DNA from: Neocallimastix sp. 'constans'
Lineage: Eukaryota
Reading direction: 5' to 3'
Assembly (NCBI GenBank): GCA_050613775.1
Contig: JBODTK010000105.1
Span: 124,001 to 188,000, forward strand
Length of the DNA stretch: 64,000 nucleotides
Shown in pieces: positions 15,728-28,783 of this stretch. The notes beneath the pieces are model-generated. The model saw only the letters and a program-made list of their open reading frames with translations. It did not search any database and had not been told where the DNA came from. The position numbers and the translations under genes are program-made. Each line of letters starts with the position of its first letter. Within the stretch, counting starts at the first letter, position 1.

Positions 15728-16914
15728 CAATATTATTATTCCATTATTATTCATAATGAATTATAATTTATTTTACATTATTATTTTTTTTTTAATATTC
15801 ATTATTCATTATTAAAGATTCAATATAATGAATATGGAATATTTGATATTATTAATAATAGCTTCCTAATTCTTAATTTCATTTTTTTTTTTTATAATAA
15901 TTATGAATGATAAATATAATATGTAGATATATATAATATTTTATTCATATTAATTTCATTAAAAAAGAACAATATACAATATCACATAATACAATAAAAT
16001 AAAAATAAAAAATTATGAAAATGAAAAATAAATATAAATAATAATAATAAAAATGAAATCTATAATTAAATGTCAATTAAATTTTTAATGAAATTTATCT
16101 TTTTAATAAAATGTTTCAAAAATACAAAAGATAAAAATATAAAATAAAAAAAAAAATTAAGATTATGATTTATCAATCAAATTAGAAAAACTTTTTCTAA
16201 ATGAAATTTTTTTTTTTAATATAGATTAAGATATTATTGGAAAAGGTTAATAGCAATACGAATATAATTCTATTGGTATTGTATTGGATATTGGTATAAT
16301 AACAACTATAATATAAATTAATTATTATAATGATTATTATTGTATAAAATTGAAATAATAATATACAAAAAAATTATTATAATGATTATTATTTTATAAA
16401 ATTGAAATAATAATATACAAAAAAAATTAGCAAGTGTGAAAAATAAAATAAAATAAAATTATTGTAATACATTTAGATGAATAAAAAATAAATAATAATA
16501 AAATTTAAAAATCTCTAATTTTATTGAAAAAAAAAAAAAAAAAAAAAAGATATAATTTTTTAAAGTATTAAGGTATTAAAGTTAATAACTTTTATATTTT
16601 AATACTTTAAATAATTGTATCACTTTTAGTTTATTATTGACAATAAAAGTTTAACATTAACTTTGATGCTTTAATACTTTAAATAATTGTATCACTCGTT
16701 AATTATCGTTAACACTAAAATATAAACTTTTTTTTTTTTTTTTTTTTTTGAAATTTTAAATACCTGTTAAATTATTATAAATTATTAATTTTTTTTTATT
16801 TTAAGAAGTTGTAATCATTTTACACAGTTATTCAATAAAAACAAAAAAAAATAATAAAAAATAAAAAATTTACATAAAAAAAGAATATATATATCTGTAT
16901 AAACCATCAATAAA

Positions 16915-16948
<34 letters not shown>

Positions 16949-17533
16949 GTCTCTAATATATAAAATAAAATAATAAATTTTGAAAAAGTATTCTTATTCC
17001 CTCAAATAAAATAAAAATAATAAATTTGGAGAGGTCTCCTTATTAAATTAATTAACATACTTCAACACGTGCCAGATATTTTATATCTATATTTATATCT
17101 ATTGTTTTTATTCAATTTAATTTATCCACTGTACTATTGATTATAAAAGATTAGGTTATAATAGTACAAATTTTTATTAATTAACTAAATAATTAATTAA
17201 AAAAATAGATAGATATATATAGATATATATAAATATAGAGATATATATATTTTTTATATTTTATATTTTAATAATTTTTACTATATTTTTAATAATAATA
17301 TATTCAATATTATAAACAAGGAATATGAACACAGATTTATTTTTTTTTTTACACTTTTTATCCTATTTTTATATTTATATTTGAATAGGATAATACTCTT
17401 TTTTCTTTCTACCATAAAAATTAAAATAATCCTACTTTAAAATTAAAATTCGTTAAAAAAAATATATATATATATATATTTAGATACATTTACATATATA
17501 TAGTTGTGTGTGTGTGTTAAATATACAAAAATG

Positions 17534-17584
<51 letters not shown>

Positions 17585-18920
17585 CAAATAAAGAAAATAG
17601 AGAAACTATAGAATAATATAAAAAGATAAATAAAATTAAATAGATAGAGCCATATTCATTTTTTTAAATTTTATTATTTAGTTTATGTTAACATTAATAA
17701 ATAGTTAAATATAAAAAAAAAATTAATTAATTAATTAATTATATCTTAATATTAGAAGAATAAATGTAATATTCACCTCACTAAAATCTATATGAGATTA
17801 TATGATAATACATATTATATTATATTATATAATATATATTATATATATAATATATTTTTAAATTTTTTTTTTCTTTTTGTAATAAAATTTATACAGAAAA
17901 AATTTTTTTTTTTTTTTTTTTGAATAGAATGTATCAAAAAAATAATAATTAAATAATATAAAAATATAAAAATATAAAAATATATAAATATAAAAATATA
18001 AAAATATAAAAATATATAAATATATAAATATAAAAATATAAAAATATAAAAATATATAAATATATAAATATAAAAATATATAAATATAAAAATATAAAAA
18101 TATATAAATATATAAATATAAAAATATATAAATATAAAAATATAAAAATATTAAAAAATTTTTTTTTTCATTAAAAAAAAAAAAAGTATCGAATGTTCAT
18201 TAAAAAAAAAAAAATGAACAAAATATAAAAAAAAAATATTTTTTTTTCCTAATAATAAATAATGAATAAATAATTAATAAAAATATTACTATTTTTTTTT
18301 TTTAATTTTTTATTATTCTTTTTTTTATTTTTAATTATCATTCTAACATAATAAAATATTAACTCTTTTTTTTTTTTTTTTTTTTTTCACATTGAATCAA
18401 CTCTTTTCTTTTTTTTTTGTATTGCAATAGATTAATATAATTAATTTAACTCTTATTTTACTTTATGATAGGTTAGCCATCCATTATTATTATTATTATT
18501 ATTATTATTATGTTAGCCATTTATGATTATTTATTGAATTAAATTAACTTTGTGATATGTTTGCCATTTCTTATTTTTTTTTATTATTATTATTATTATC
18601 ATTTTTAATATTTTAAAAATTAATTTAATTCTTATTTCTGAAATTGTTCATATTTCCTTAGAGATTATTATAATGGTGTGTTTTATACATATTTTAATTA
18701 TATTTTCTTTCATTTTAATTATATTTTCTTTTATTTTTTATTTATTTTTTTTTTTTTAATTTGTACTTTTTTATTTTTATTATTAACAATATAAAAAAAA
18801 AATTTTTTTTAATTAAAATAAATTATTATTAAAATTATTTTTATATTTTATTTTACATATTAATTTGATTGATGATCAACTCAATAATTCTTATTATTAC
18901 TTTACAGCAGTATTTATTAA

Positions 18921-19236
18921 TTACTTGTAACAACCAAACTCTGTATTCTCATCATCCATTACTTGTAACAACCAAACTCTGTATTCTCATCATCCATTAC
19001 TTGTAACAACCAAACTCTGTATTCTCATCATCCATTACTTGTAACAACCAAACTCTGTATTCTCATCATCCATTACTTGTAACAACCAAACTCTGTATTC
19101 TCATCATCCATTACTTGTAACAACCAAACTCTGTATTCTCATCATCCATTACTTGTAACAACCAAACTCTGTATTCTCATCATCCATTACTTGTAACAAC
19201 CAAACTCTGTATTCTCATCATCCATTGCCTGTAACA
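18921..19236 (+). repeat. Perfect 38-bp minisatellite x8 (TTACTTGTAACAACCAAACTCTGTATTCTCATCATCCA) plus partial degenerate copy
   Basis: Identical units start at 18921, 18959, 18997, 19035, 19073, 19111, 19149 and 19187, with no spacers between them. Confidence 0.95.
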
Positions 19237-19919
19237 TTTTATATTTAATTTATTTGAAAAATTATATATATTTTTATATTCTTTTTTTTTTTTTTAATTT
19301 TGATTTTTTCTTTTTTTGGGTGTATTAAAAATTAATTAATTAATTAAATAAACCATAATCATAAATTATTATTTTTTTTTTTGGAATATTAAACTAAAAG
19401 TTTTTATTTTATATGAAATTAGTATTAATCATCTACAATAAATAGCATTAGCATTGATAATAGTAATAAACAGCATAAGTATTGATAATAATAATTATTT
19501 ATTATTTGTTATTTATTATTTATTAATAAATACTCTTATTATTATTTATTATTTATTATTTATTATTCAATTATTTATTATTCAATTATTTATTATTTAT
19601 TCATTTATTATTTATTATTTATTTTTATAATTATATTATTATAATTTTAGAGATATTATGTTATTTTTTCTTTTATTTTTTATTATTATATTATTATGTT
19701 TCACTATTTTTAAATATTAATTATTTATCTATTTTTTAAAATTATTATTGATTATTTCTCTTAATTAATATTATTATTATTATTATTATTTTCGTTGTAT
19801 GATTATTATTATTTATATTATTATTATTTTAGTTATATCAATATAATTAATTACTATTTATAAAAAAAAATTTTTTAATAATTTTATTTATATTTATTAT
19901 ACTATTTAAAAATATTTTT

Positions 19920-20406
19920 AATTATTTATTATTTATTATTTATTATTTATTATTTATTATTTATTATTTATTATTTATTATTTATTATTTATTATTTATT
20001 ATTTATTATTTATTAATAATTATTTATTATTTATTATTTATTATTTATTATTTATTATTTATTATTTATTATTTATTATTTATTATTCAATTATTTATTA
20101 TTTATTATTTATTATTTATTATTTATTATTTATTAATAAATACTCTTTTTATTATTTATTATATATTATTTATTAATAAATACTCTTTTTATTATTTATT
20201 ATTTATTATTTATTATTTATTATATATTATTTATTAATAAATACTCTTTTTATTATTTATTATTTATTATTTATTATTTATTATATATTATTTATTAATA
20301 AATACTCTTTTTATTATTTATTATTTAATTATTTATTTATTTATTATTTATTATTTATTATTTATTATTTTATTATTTATTATTTATTATTTATTATTTA
20401 TTATTT

Positions 20407-20438
<32 letters not shown>

Positions 20439-20930
20439 TTATTTATTATTTATTATTTATTATTTATTATTTATTATTTATTATTTATTATTTATTATTT
20501 ATTATTTATTATTTATTATTATTTATTATTATTATTATTATTATTTATTATTTATTATTTATTATTTATTATTTATTTATTTATTTATTATTCAATTATT
20601 TATTATTTATTATTTATTATTTATTATTTATTATTTAATTATTTAATTATTTATTATTTATTATTTATTATTTTATTATTTATTATTTATTATTTAATTA
20701 TTTAATTATTTATTATTTATTATTTATTATTTATTATTTATTATTTATTATTCAATTATTTATTATTTATTATTTATTATTTATTATTTATTATTTAATT
20801 ATTTAATTATTTATTATTTATTATTCAATTATTTATTATTTATTATTTATTATTTATTATATATTATTTATTATTTAATTATTTATTATTTATTATTTAT
20901 TATTTATTATTTATTATTTATTATTTATTT
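19920..20930 (-). repeat. (AATAAAT)n satellite in opposite orientation (ATTTATT on +)
   Basis: Reverse complement of the 10961-12112 array type, including the ATTCAATT variant. Confidence 0.85.
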
Positions 20931-21016
20931 TTTTAATTGATATTACAAATTTTAATAAAGAATTTAATACATTTATTTTATGTGCCGTTGTAAAGGAGAA
21001 TCAAATCTTTTCAGTT

Positions 21017-21047
<31 letters not shown>

Positions 21048-21288
21048 GATGGATATTTAATATATATATCTTTTTTCATAAATAAAATTTATATTTACTT
21101 TTTCTTTTATTTTTATTTTTCTTTTATTTTTTTTTATTGTCATTATTTTCATTTTTTTTTTTACTACTTTAAATTTTTTTTATTTTTTATTTTTTTTTTA
21201 CTTTCTTCAGTTTTTTAAATGTCACCAAAAGATATTCACCCATTAATTTTTTTTCTTCTAAACTTGCTCCTAATTGGTTAAAAAAAAA

Positions 21289-21326
<38 letters not shown>

Positions 21327-22638
21327 TTAAAATTACTTTAATTTATTATATATAATTATATATCTATATATATTTATATATTTAATGAATTTAATAATAT
21401 TTAATGAATTTAATATTTAATGAAAATCATGGTAAGAAATCATTCACATGTGATTCTTCAAACCCTGCGGTCACATAATATAATTTTACAAAAATAAAAT
21501 AATAATAATAATAATAATTAATAATAATAATAAATAATAATAATTAATAATAATTAATAATAATAATAATAATAATTAATAATATAATAATTAATAATAA
21601 TAATAATAATAATTAATAATAATAATAATTAATAATAATAATAATAATTCTTAAAATTATATTGTTTTAATATAAAATATATAAATAATTTTATATAATT
21701 TGTTTATAGGATTTAATATTAATAGCACAATATAAATATTAAATATACAAATTACATATAATTAATAAGAAAAGTGTAAATTGAATTTAGTATATTTAAC
21801 TTATTTTTATTATAAATTAACATTTATTAAATGCTAATTTATAATAAAAATAAGATATATTAAGAAAATCAATAATTAAAATCTAATCTTATGTATATAG
21901 TATTATTTTTTTTAATACGTCCATATACAACTACCACTTTTATTATTATTATTATTGATTTAATTATTACTATTACTATTAATACTATTATTGCTTTAAT
22001 TATTACTATTACTATTAATACTATTATTGCTTTAATTATTATTATTACTATTACTATTACTATTACTATTAATACTATTATTGCTTTAATTATTATTATT
22101 ACTATTACTATTACTATTACTATTAATACTATTATTGCTTTAATTATTACTATTACTATTACTATTACTATTACTATTAAGTCTGTATTTAATTACAAAG
22201 ATTTTAAATTAAATACATCAAATTTTGAAAGACTGGTTTATTGAATTAAATACGTCATTTAATCGCACAAAGACAATGATGAATATACAGAAAAAAAAAA
22301 AAAAAAAAAAAAGAATTTATCTATGATAATAAGACCAGAAAAAACAAATAAAATGAGATAACGCTGTTCAAGCAATCAAAACTTTTTAAATAATTATAAA
22401 AAAAAAAAAAAAAAAACCTTTAAATTCTGGGGAAAAATTTTACCGCTTTTCTTTAAGGATTCTATTGTTCAAATGGGCTTGCCTTTTTTTTTATATATAT
22501 ATATAACTCGAATCCTCAAGTCTAATTTAAATTCTTGAAAAAAAAAATAAAAAATAAAAATAAAAAAAAAAAATTCCAAATAAATAAAAATATATATATA
22601 TATATATTTTTTTTTAATAAACCTGTTAATATATTTCA

Positions 22639-22678
<40 letters not shown>

Positions 22679-23399
22679 TCGGTGGTAAAAAGATTGGAAT
22701 TATTGCCCTACAAAAATTATATATAAAATATATATATATATATATGTAGGATAAACAATGTTAATGACAGTAGTCGATTATACGATAAATAACATTCTGA
22801 AGGATTCAAAACATCATTGATACAAAGAGGGGTATTAGTAATTAAAATAAAAAAAAAAACGACAATTCCCAAAAAAAAAAAAGTTAAGGTTAGTTACAAA
22901 AAAAAAAAAAAATGTCAATAAAAAGAAAGTACAACTGAAAGAAGCTAAATGATAATTGATGATCCTATGGATTGAAAAATACTTGTTTATGATTTGGGCA
23001 ATCATCAATGCTCTTTCTTAAGATACCTATCCATAGGATATTATTAATGTTGAAACTCAAAAAAAAAAATAATAATAATAATATAGGGTAAAATTCCAAT
23101 TTCTAGTGATGTCTTCTATACATCATTATTAAAATAATTTATGTTTTACAAGTGATGTAAATATTAATAAAACTATTATTGCTTTTTTTTTTTTTTTTTA
23201 AATGATTGTAATCCTTAATAGTGTTATTATATGAACATCAATAATATAATACATTATAACAGGTGAAAAGTATTACATCTCAATGAGATAAAGATTAATG
23301 TTTCGGGATTATTTCAATCAAATAGATTCCTATTGAATGAACAATCGTTTTTAAATTTAAATATAAGTGTTGATTCTTTATATGACCGATTATCATTGG

Positions 23400-23800
23400 G
23401 AAATAATGGTTAAAATGCAGTTGAAATAGGAAATATTGGAAAAAAAAAATAAAATAAAATGTCCATAGGGTTAATGTTTATCAGTAAAAGAAGGAAAGGT
23501 ACTTTGTTGAGCAATACTATTATAAAATAATATATGATATGGTGTTAATGGTCAATCTGAATTCGGTTAAAAAAGTAATATAATAGCTATAACAACAATA
23601 ACAATAACTACTACTACTACTACTACCACTACAATAAATCTTTCACCAACGTCTGCCTCTGTATAGATATACAATATAATGAATATTACTGATATATGGT
23701 CCAGAATATATCGACGAATCTCTAATTAATGAAAAAAATGGGATGATACAGATAGCCATCAATGGTATATTATAAATACCAAAATAGGAGATTACTTCAA

Positions 23801-23831
<31 letters not shown>

Positions 23832-24291
23832 GGGATGATACAGATAACCATCAATGGTATATTATAAATACCAAAATAGGAGGTTACTTCAAGTTAAAAA
23901 AAAAAAAAAAAAAAAATTTGAATTTGAACGCATAGTTGGTATAAATTTATCAGATGGTTTTTATGTCTCGGAAATTCTCTTAAATTCTATTTATTAGTAG
24001 TAAATCATCAAAAGTAAGTCACAAAAAGTAAAAAAAAAAAAAAAAAAAAATTTTATATGACTGTGATGATGATGAAATTACATGAAGATCAAATATAGAC
24101 AATATTAAATAAAAAAGATTATTACTTCTACCTACTACAACCATTACTACTACTAAGAATATTACAACTACTACTATAACTACAACTACAACTACTACCT
24201 CTAAACCAACACCTACTACTTAACTCCATCTTTTTTTTTCAAGAAATGGAAAATATGGTCCAAATGTAGAGGGTGCCATCTATTTAAACAG

Positions 24292-24326
<35 letters not shown>

Positions 24327-24610
24327 AGATTGTAGTAAATACGGATAGGGTGGAAGAATTTGAAGATTTATTATGGGTGGGTGGGTACAACATGTTCAAG
24401 ATGATGATGGAATGAAAGATGTCGCTAATGGTGGTGGTCGTTACGATGTAGTCTATGATTATCAACTTTAGGAATAAAAAAAAAAAAAAAAAAAAAAAAG
24501 GTTAAATCCAAAAGAAGATTGTAGTTCAATATTACCTCTTGTTGGAAATTCCAGAGATTATTATTGGAAGAGGACCGTCCACTAAACCAACGTAGAGTGG
24601 GATGCAAATA
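23400..24610 (+). pseudogene. Decayed modular CAZyme-type gene remnant with CBM18 (chitin-binding)-like repeats, Thr-rich linkers and possible dockerin (CBM10) fragments
   Basis: Fragments: KCP*G*C (about 23457), YGVNGQSEFG* (about 23538), a Thr-rich linker, KWDDTDSHQWYII (duplicated at about 23736 and 23828), TTTTTTSKPTPTT then NGKYGPNV (about 24245), CSKYG*GG (about 24331) and a frameshifted CS-QYY-L-GNSRDYY-GRG (about 24520). The sequence is interrupted by stops and poly-A tracts. It may extend upstream to about 22260. Confidence 0.45.
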
Positions 24611-24636
24611 AAAAAATTTAATTAATAAATTAAGAT

Positions 24637-24667
<31 letters not shown>

Positions 24668-24867
24668 TTTATATAAAAAAATGAATATGAATCTATCTAT
24701 TAAAAACAATAAAAAAAAAAAATTAAAATTATAATACAAAAAAAAAAAAAAAGAAAAGAAAATATTAAAAAATAATATAAAATAAAATAAAATAAAAAAT
24801 AAATAATCAATAAAAAAAAAAATAAAATAGAAAACTATTATTACAAATTTATTTTTTTATTTTTAAA

Positions 24868-25297
24868 GAATGTGTATCATTTCACAATGTGGCTTAAATT
24901 TTTATAATCAATTGCTACATTATTTAATTTTTTTAACCAATAAATAAATAATTAAATAAATAATAAAAATCATTTTTGAAATAAGTAAAGTCAAAGTATT
25001 TTTATAAAATATTTTTAAATAAATAAATAATTGAATTATAAATAAATAATAAATAATAAATAATAAATAATAAATAATAAATAATAGATAATAATATATA
25101 ATAAATATAAAAAATAATAAATATAATAAATAATAAATAAATATAATAAATAATAAATAAATAAATAAATAAATATCGATATCAATATTTTATAGTTTTT
25201 TTAACATATTTATTTTTTTTTTATTTATATGTTTATTTTTTAAAAATATTTTAAGCCACATTTTTCCAAATGCACAATTGTGAAACGCAAACCTCCC
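24868..25297 (-). mobile_element. Degenerate Mutator-like MITE (related to the 28784 and 52049 elements, opposite orientation)
   Basis: A 9-bp direct repeat ATTTTTAAA sits at 24859-24867 and 25298-25306. The imperfect TIRs share TTTCACAAT and ATGTGGCTTAAA. The right end (reverse complement GGGAGGTTTGCGTTTC) resembles GGGAGAGTTGCATTTC of the other copies. The TSD is AT-rich, so support is weaker. Confidence 0.55.
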
Positions 25298-26193
25298 ATT
25301 TTTAAAAAAAATATATATATATTTTTATTGATATAAATTTATTTAAAAATTAATCATTATAGAATCAATTTATAATCAATAATTTTTTATATTTTTATAT
25401 ACATTTTTTTTTTAAAAATGCAATACAATTAATGATTAAAATATTTTTTATTTTAAAAATTATGTTAACATTAATATAGGTTATACAATTCAGTTTAAAA
25501 AAAATAATTATTAAATGACTATTAAATGCTTTTATTTTAAATAAAATTAAACATAATATATATCATAATGATTTAAATAAAAAATAATAATAATAATAAA
25601 TAATAATTAACAATTATAATAATAATAATAATATAAAATAATAATTTTTTTTTTTATATATATATATAAGTATATATATAAGGAAATATAAATTTTTAAA
25701 TAAATTTTTTAATAAAATAGAAAAATCTATCCATAAAAAAAAATATTAAAGATAATTATTATTTTAATTTATTAATTTTTTTAATTAATAAATTAAAATA
25801 GGTTTATTTTATTTATTTTATTTATTTATTTTTATTTTGTATTTTTTATTATTATTTTTTTATTAAAAATAATATTAATAAAAAAGATAACATTAAAATT
25901 AAACATTACAACTTACAACAATCTAAATATTTTAAAGTCATATTTTATTTACACTAAAACATATAACTATAAGATATTATTAAATAAATATTATCAATCT
26001 ACAATAATTAAAGTTTCTATAAATATTTTATTCGTTTGACTAACATATTATTAGAAGCAGAAATTTTAATTTAATTTCCAAGAAGTATCACTATTAATAA
26101 TACATTAAATCGATTTTTTATGAATTTATTTACCTCAATCTTCAAATATACATATCAATTGAATCATTTATTTATTATTAAATTTTTTTAATC

Positions 26194-28365
26194 ATGCATC
26201 TAAAGTTTAATTTATATTCTGATGAAGAATTCGAAAAGGAAACAATACTTATTAAACATAGGAATGAATTAACAGATAATACAACATCATTTATAATTAA
26301 TCCTGAATTACCATGTAAACAATGTAAATCTATTATAGAATGTCCAGGACACACGGGAAGAATACCACTCTTTTACAGAATTGTTCATCCTCTATTCGTA
26401 GATACCCTGTGTAAAGAAATAACCCATATTTGCCCAATTTGTAAAAAATATAATCCTTCACTTTCCCCTAAAGATGTTTGTTGCGATAAACGTATTGTTT
26501 CTACCGCATTTAAACTTCATAAAGTCAAACCTAAGGAAACCGCTCCAAATAATTACAAATACAGAAATTACAACAGATTTGAAAAAAAGTCAACGAATAT
26601 TTCTGAATATTCTTTCACTTTTGGTAAGGAATTATTATCTATCCGTCAAATGTACGAAGTCGTTCGTTCTGCTGATTTTTCAGAAAACCCAGATCTTCAA
26701 AATCGTTTGCTTAATACATTTATCAAAAATATTCCAGTTTTACCAATTAATATGAGACCATCTATCCTGGATTCTTCTAACACTATCATTTATCATAATT
26801 TAACAAGATTATATCAAATTTTTCTAGATCTTAACCGCCAATGTCAAAATGGAGATATAGCTGATAGTAATGACTATATTGTACGTTCGTTTCTCTTGTA
26901 CAGGAAAATTTTAGGCATTCGTAGTAAAAACGATTCGTGGCAGGATGCTAATGCAATGTATATTAAACAAATGTTATCAGGAAAAAATGGTATCTTCCGA
27001 AGTATGTGTTTAGCTAAGCGTCAAAACTTTTGTCTTCGAAGTGTTATCGTACCAAATATTGATATCCCTTTAGATGTAGTATTAATTCCTAAAGAATTTA
27101 CTGATTCCTTAATTCCCTACGGGTATAAATCCAATGACTATATTATCATCAATAGACAGCCAACACTTCAAACTACCTCAATCTTAGCAGTTCATTCTCG
27201 TCCAAGCAACTGTCGAACCATTCAGATCAATCCACTCATTGCTAATATCTTTCAAGCTGATTTTGATGGTGACGAGATGAACATTTTTTGGCTACCGGGT
27301 GAAGAAGCTAAAGAAGAGATGGCCACAAAATTAAATATTGCAAATAACATTCGTTCCTATAAAAATGCTTCCCTTATGATAAAATTTATACAAGATACCC
27401 TAACGGGATTGTATAATATGACACGAAATAAAGAAATCATTGATACTGATATTGTAAAAAAAATGTGCGATAAATTGAGCATTTCCGATGGCGATTGGAA
27501 AAAATTTTGTAAATACTACAAATCGCGTATGAATAGTACGGATATCCCGTATGCTCACTTGTTATCTTTATTACTTCCTAGAACGCTTACTTTACATGAT
27601 CAGGAAGGTAAATTGCTGATAGATAAAGGAATATTACTAGGCGTTATCAGTGATGAAAATCAAACCCTCTTACTTAATGCTATTTCAAACTACGGTAATG
27701 AATTTTATTTAAAATTTATGTGGGATGTCCAACGTATGGTGCATGTGTATAATCTTCATCATGTTATTACTATTTCTATTGCTGATTGTATGGCCAGTGA
27801 TAAATTAAAAGAAGCAGGTATGCCCATAATGGACAGTATCCTAGGAAAAATGGATCCCATACCCGTCCTAAATCTGGACTCATTGATCGAAAATCAAAAT
27901 AAATTTGAAAACATTGATGAATTTAAACATCAAATTTTTCGCAAATATACTGAACTGACAGAATTAGTGGAATCCAATGTTGATAATAATTTAACGAATA
28001 TCATTAAAAGCGGATCAAAAGGAAATATGGATAACATGATTCAAATGTTGATGTCTGTTGGAGTTCAAGCTGTTCTACCCATTTGTTATATTAGAAATTC
28101 CTATTCCGAAGGATTGACAGCAAAAGAATTATTTATTCATTCAAAATCTGGCCGGGCAGGTATTATTTCTACTTCTCTTAATACATCATCTACCGGTTAT
28201 TTACAAAGAGAACTTGTGAAAAGTATGGAAGATTTAGTCACCGATGAACAAGGAATGGTTCATAACAGCAACAATGAACCCATAGGTTATTACCCATTTA
28301 GTACAAATAAGCCAGACATTGATGATGCATTTTTAGAACATGCATTTAATATGTCTTGTCTTTAA
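26194..28365 (+). CDS. Divergent, streamlined multisubunit RNA polymerase largest-subunit homologue (Rpb1/RpoA'-like N-terminal portion), intronless, 723 aa
   Basis: Collinear Rpb1 motifs: Zn clamp CKQC..CPGHTG and CPIC; IPVLP..RPS; LSGKNGIFR..LAKRQNFCLRSVI; NRQPTL; QADFDGDEMN (27253-27282); QDTL; SGSKG; NSYSEGL..ELFIHS.SGRAGII.T..TSSTGYLQRELVKSMEDL (bridge helix). The stop follows about 45 aa later. Confidence 0.93.
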   Translation: MHLKFNLYSDEEFEKETILIKHRNELTDNTTSFIINPELPCKQCKSIIECPGHTGRIPLFYRIVHPLFVDTLCKEITHICPICKKYNPSLSPKDVCCDKRIVSTAFKLHKVKPKETAPNNYKYRNYNRFEKKSTNISEYSFTFGKELLSIRQMYEVVRSADFSENPDLQNRLLNTFIKNIPVLPINMRPSILDSSNTIIYHNLTRLYQIFLDLNRQCQNGDIADSNDYIVRSFLLYRKILGIRSKNDSWQDANAMYIKQMLSGKNGIFRSMCLAKRQNFCLRSVIVPNIDIPLDVVLIPKEFTDSLIPYGYKSNDYIIINRQPTLQTTSILAVHSRPSNCRTIQINPLIANIFQADFDGDEMNIFWLPGEEAKEEMATKLNIANNIRSYKNASLMIKFIQDTLTGLYNMTRNKEIIDTDIVKKMCDKLSISDGDWKKFCKYYKSRMNSTDIPYAHLLSLLLPRTLTLHDQEGKLLIDKGILLGVISDENQTLLLNAISNYGNEFYLKFMWDVQRMVHVYNLHHVITISIADCMASDKLKEAGMPIMDSILGKMDPIPVLNLDSLIENQNKFENIDEFKHQIFRKYTELTELVESNVDNNLTNIIKSGSKGNMDNMIQMLMSVGVQAVLPICYIRNSYSEGLTAKELFIHSKSGRAGIISTSLNTSSTGYLQRELVKSMEDLVTDEQGMVHNSNNEPIGYYPFSTNKPDIDDAFLEHAFNMSCL

Positions 28366-28535
28366 CTCTAATATAATTCCTAGAGATCATCAATTAAGAT
28401 ATTATATATAACTAACATAATACGTATTAAATATAGGATAAAATAAAATATATTTCCTTTTTTTTTTTTTTTTTTTTTTTTTTTGTATTAAAAATAATTT
28501 TTAAAATATAAATAAAATAAAAAATAAAAAAAAAA

Positions 28536-28578
<43 letters not shown>

Positions 28579-28783
28579 AAATAAAATAAAATGAAATAAA
28601 ATATAAAAATAATTAAATTGAAGTAATTATTTTTTTTTTTTTTTTTTACCTATATACATTTATTTAAAATATAAAAAAATAGTTGTTTAAGAATATAATA
28701 ATATTGTATATATTAAAGTATTATAAAGTTTATAACTGTATTGATAGGTTAGAACGACTTATAGGCTTGCTGATCTTTTTAAC

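Noticed and set aside
18921..19236. CRISPR-like array (38-bp repeats)
   Set aside because: The units are contiguous with no spacers, there are no cas genes, and the context is eukaryotic.
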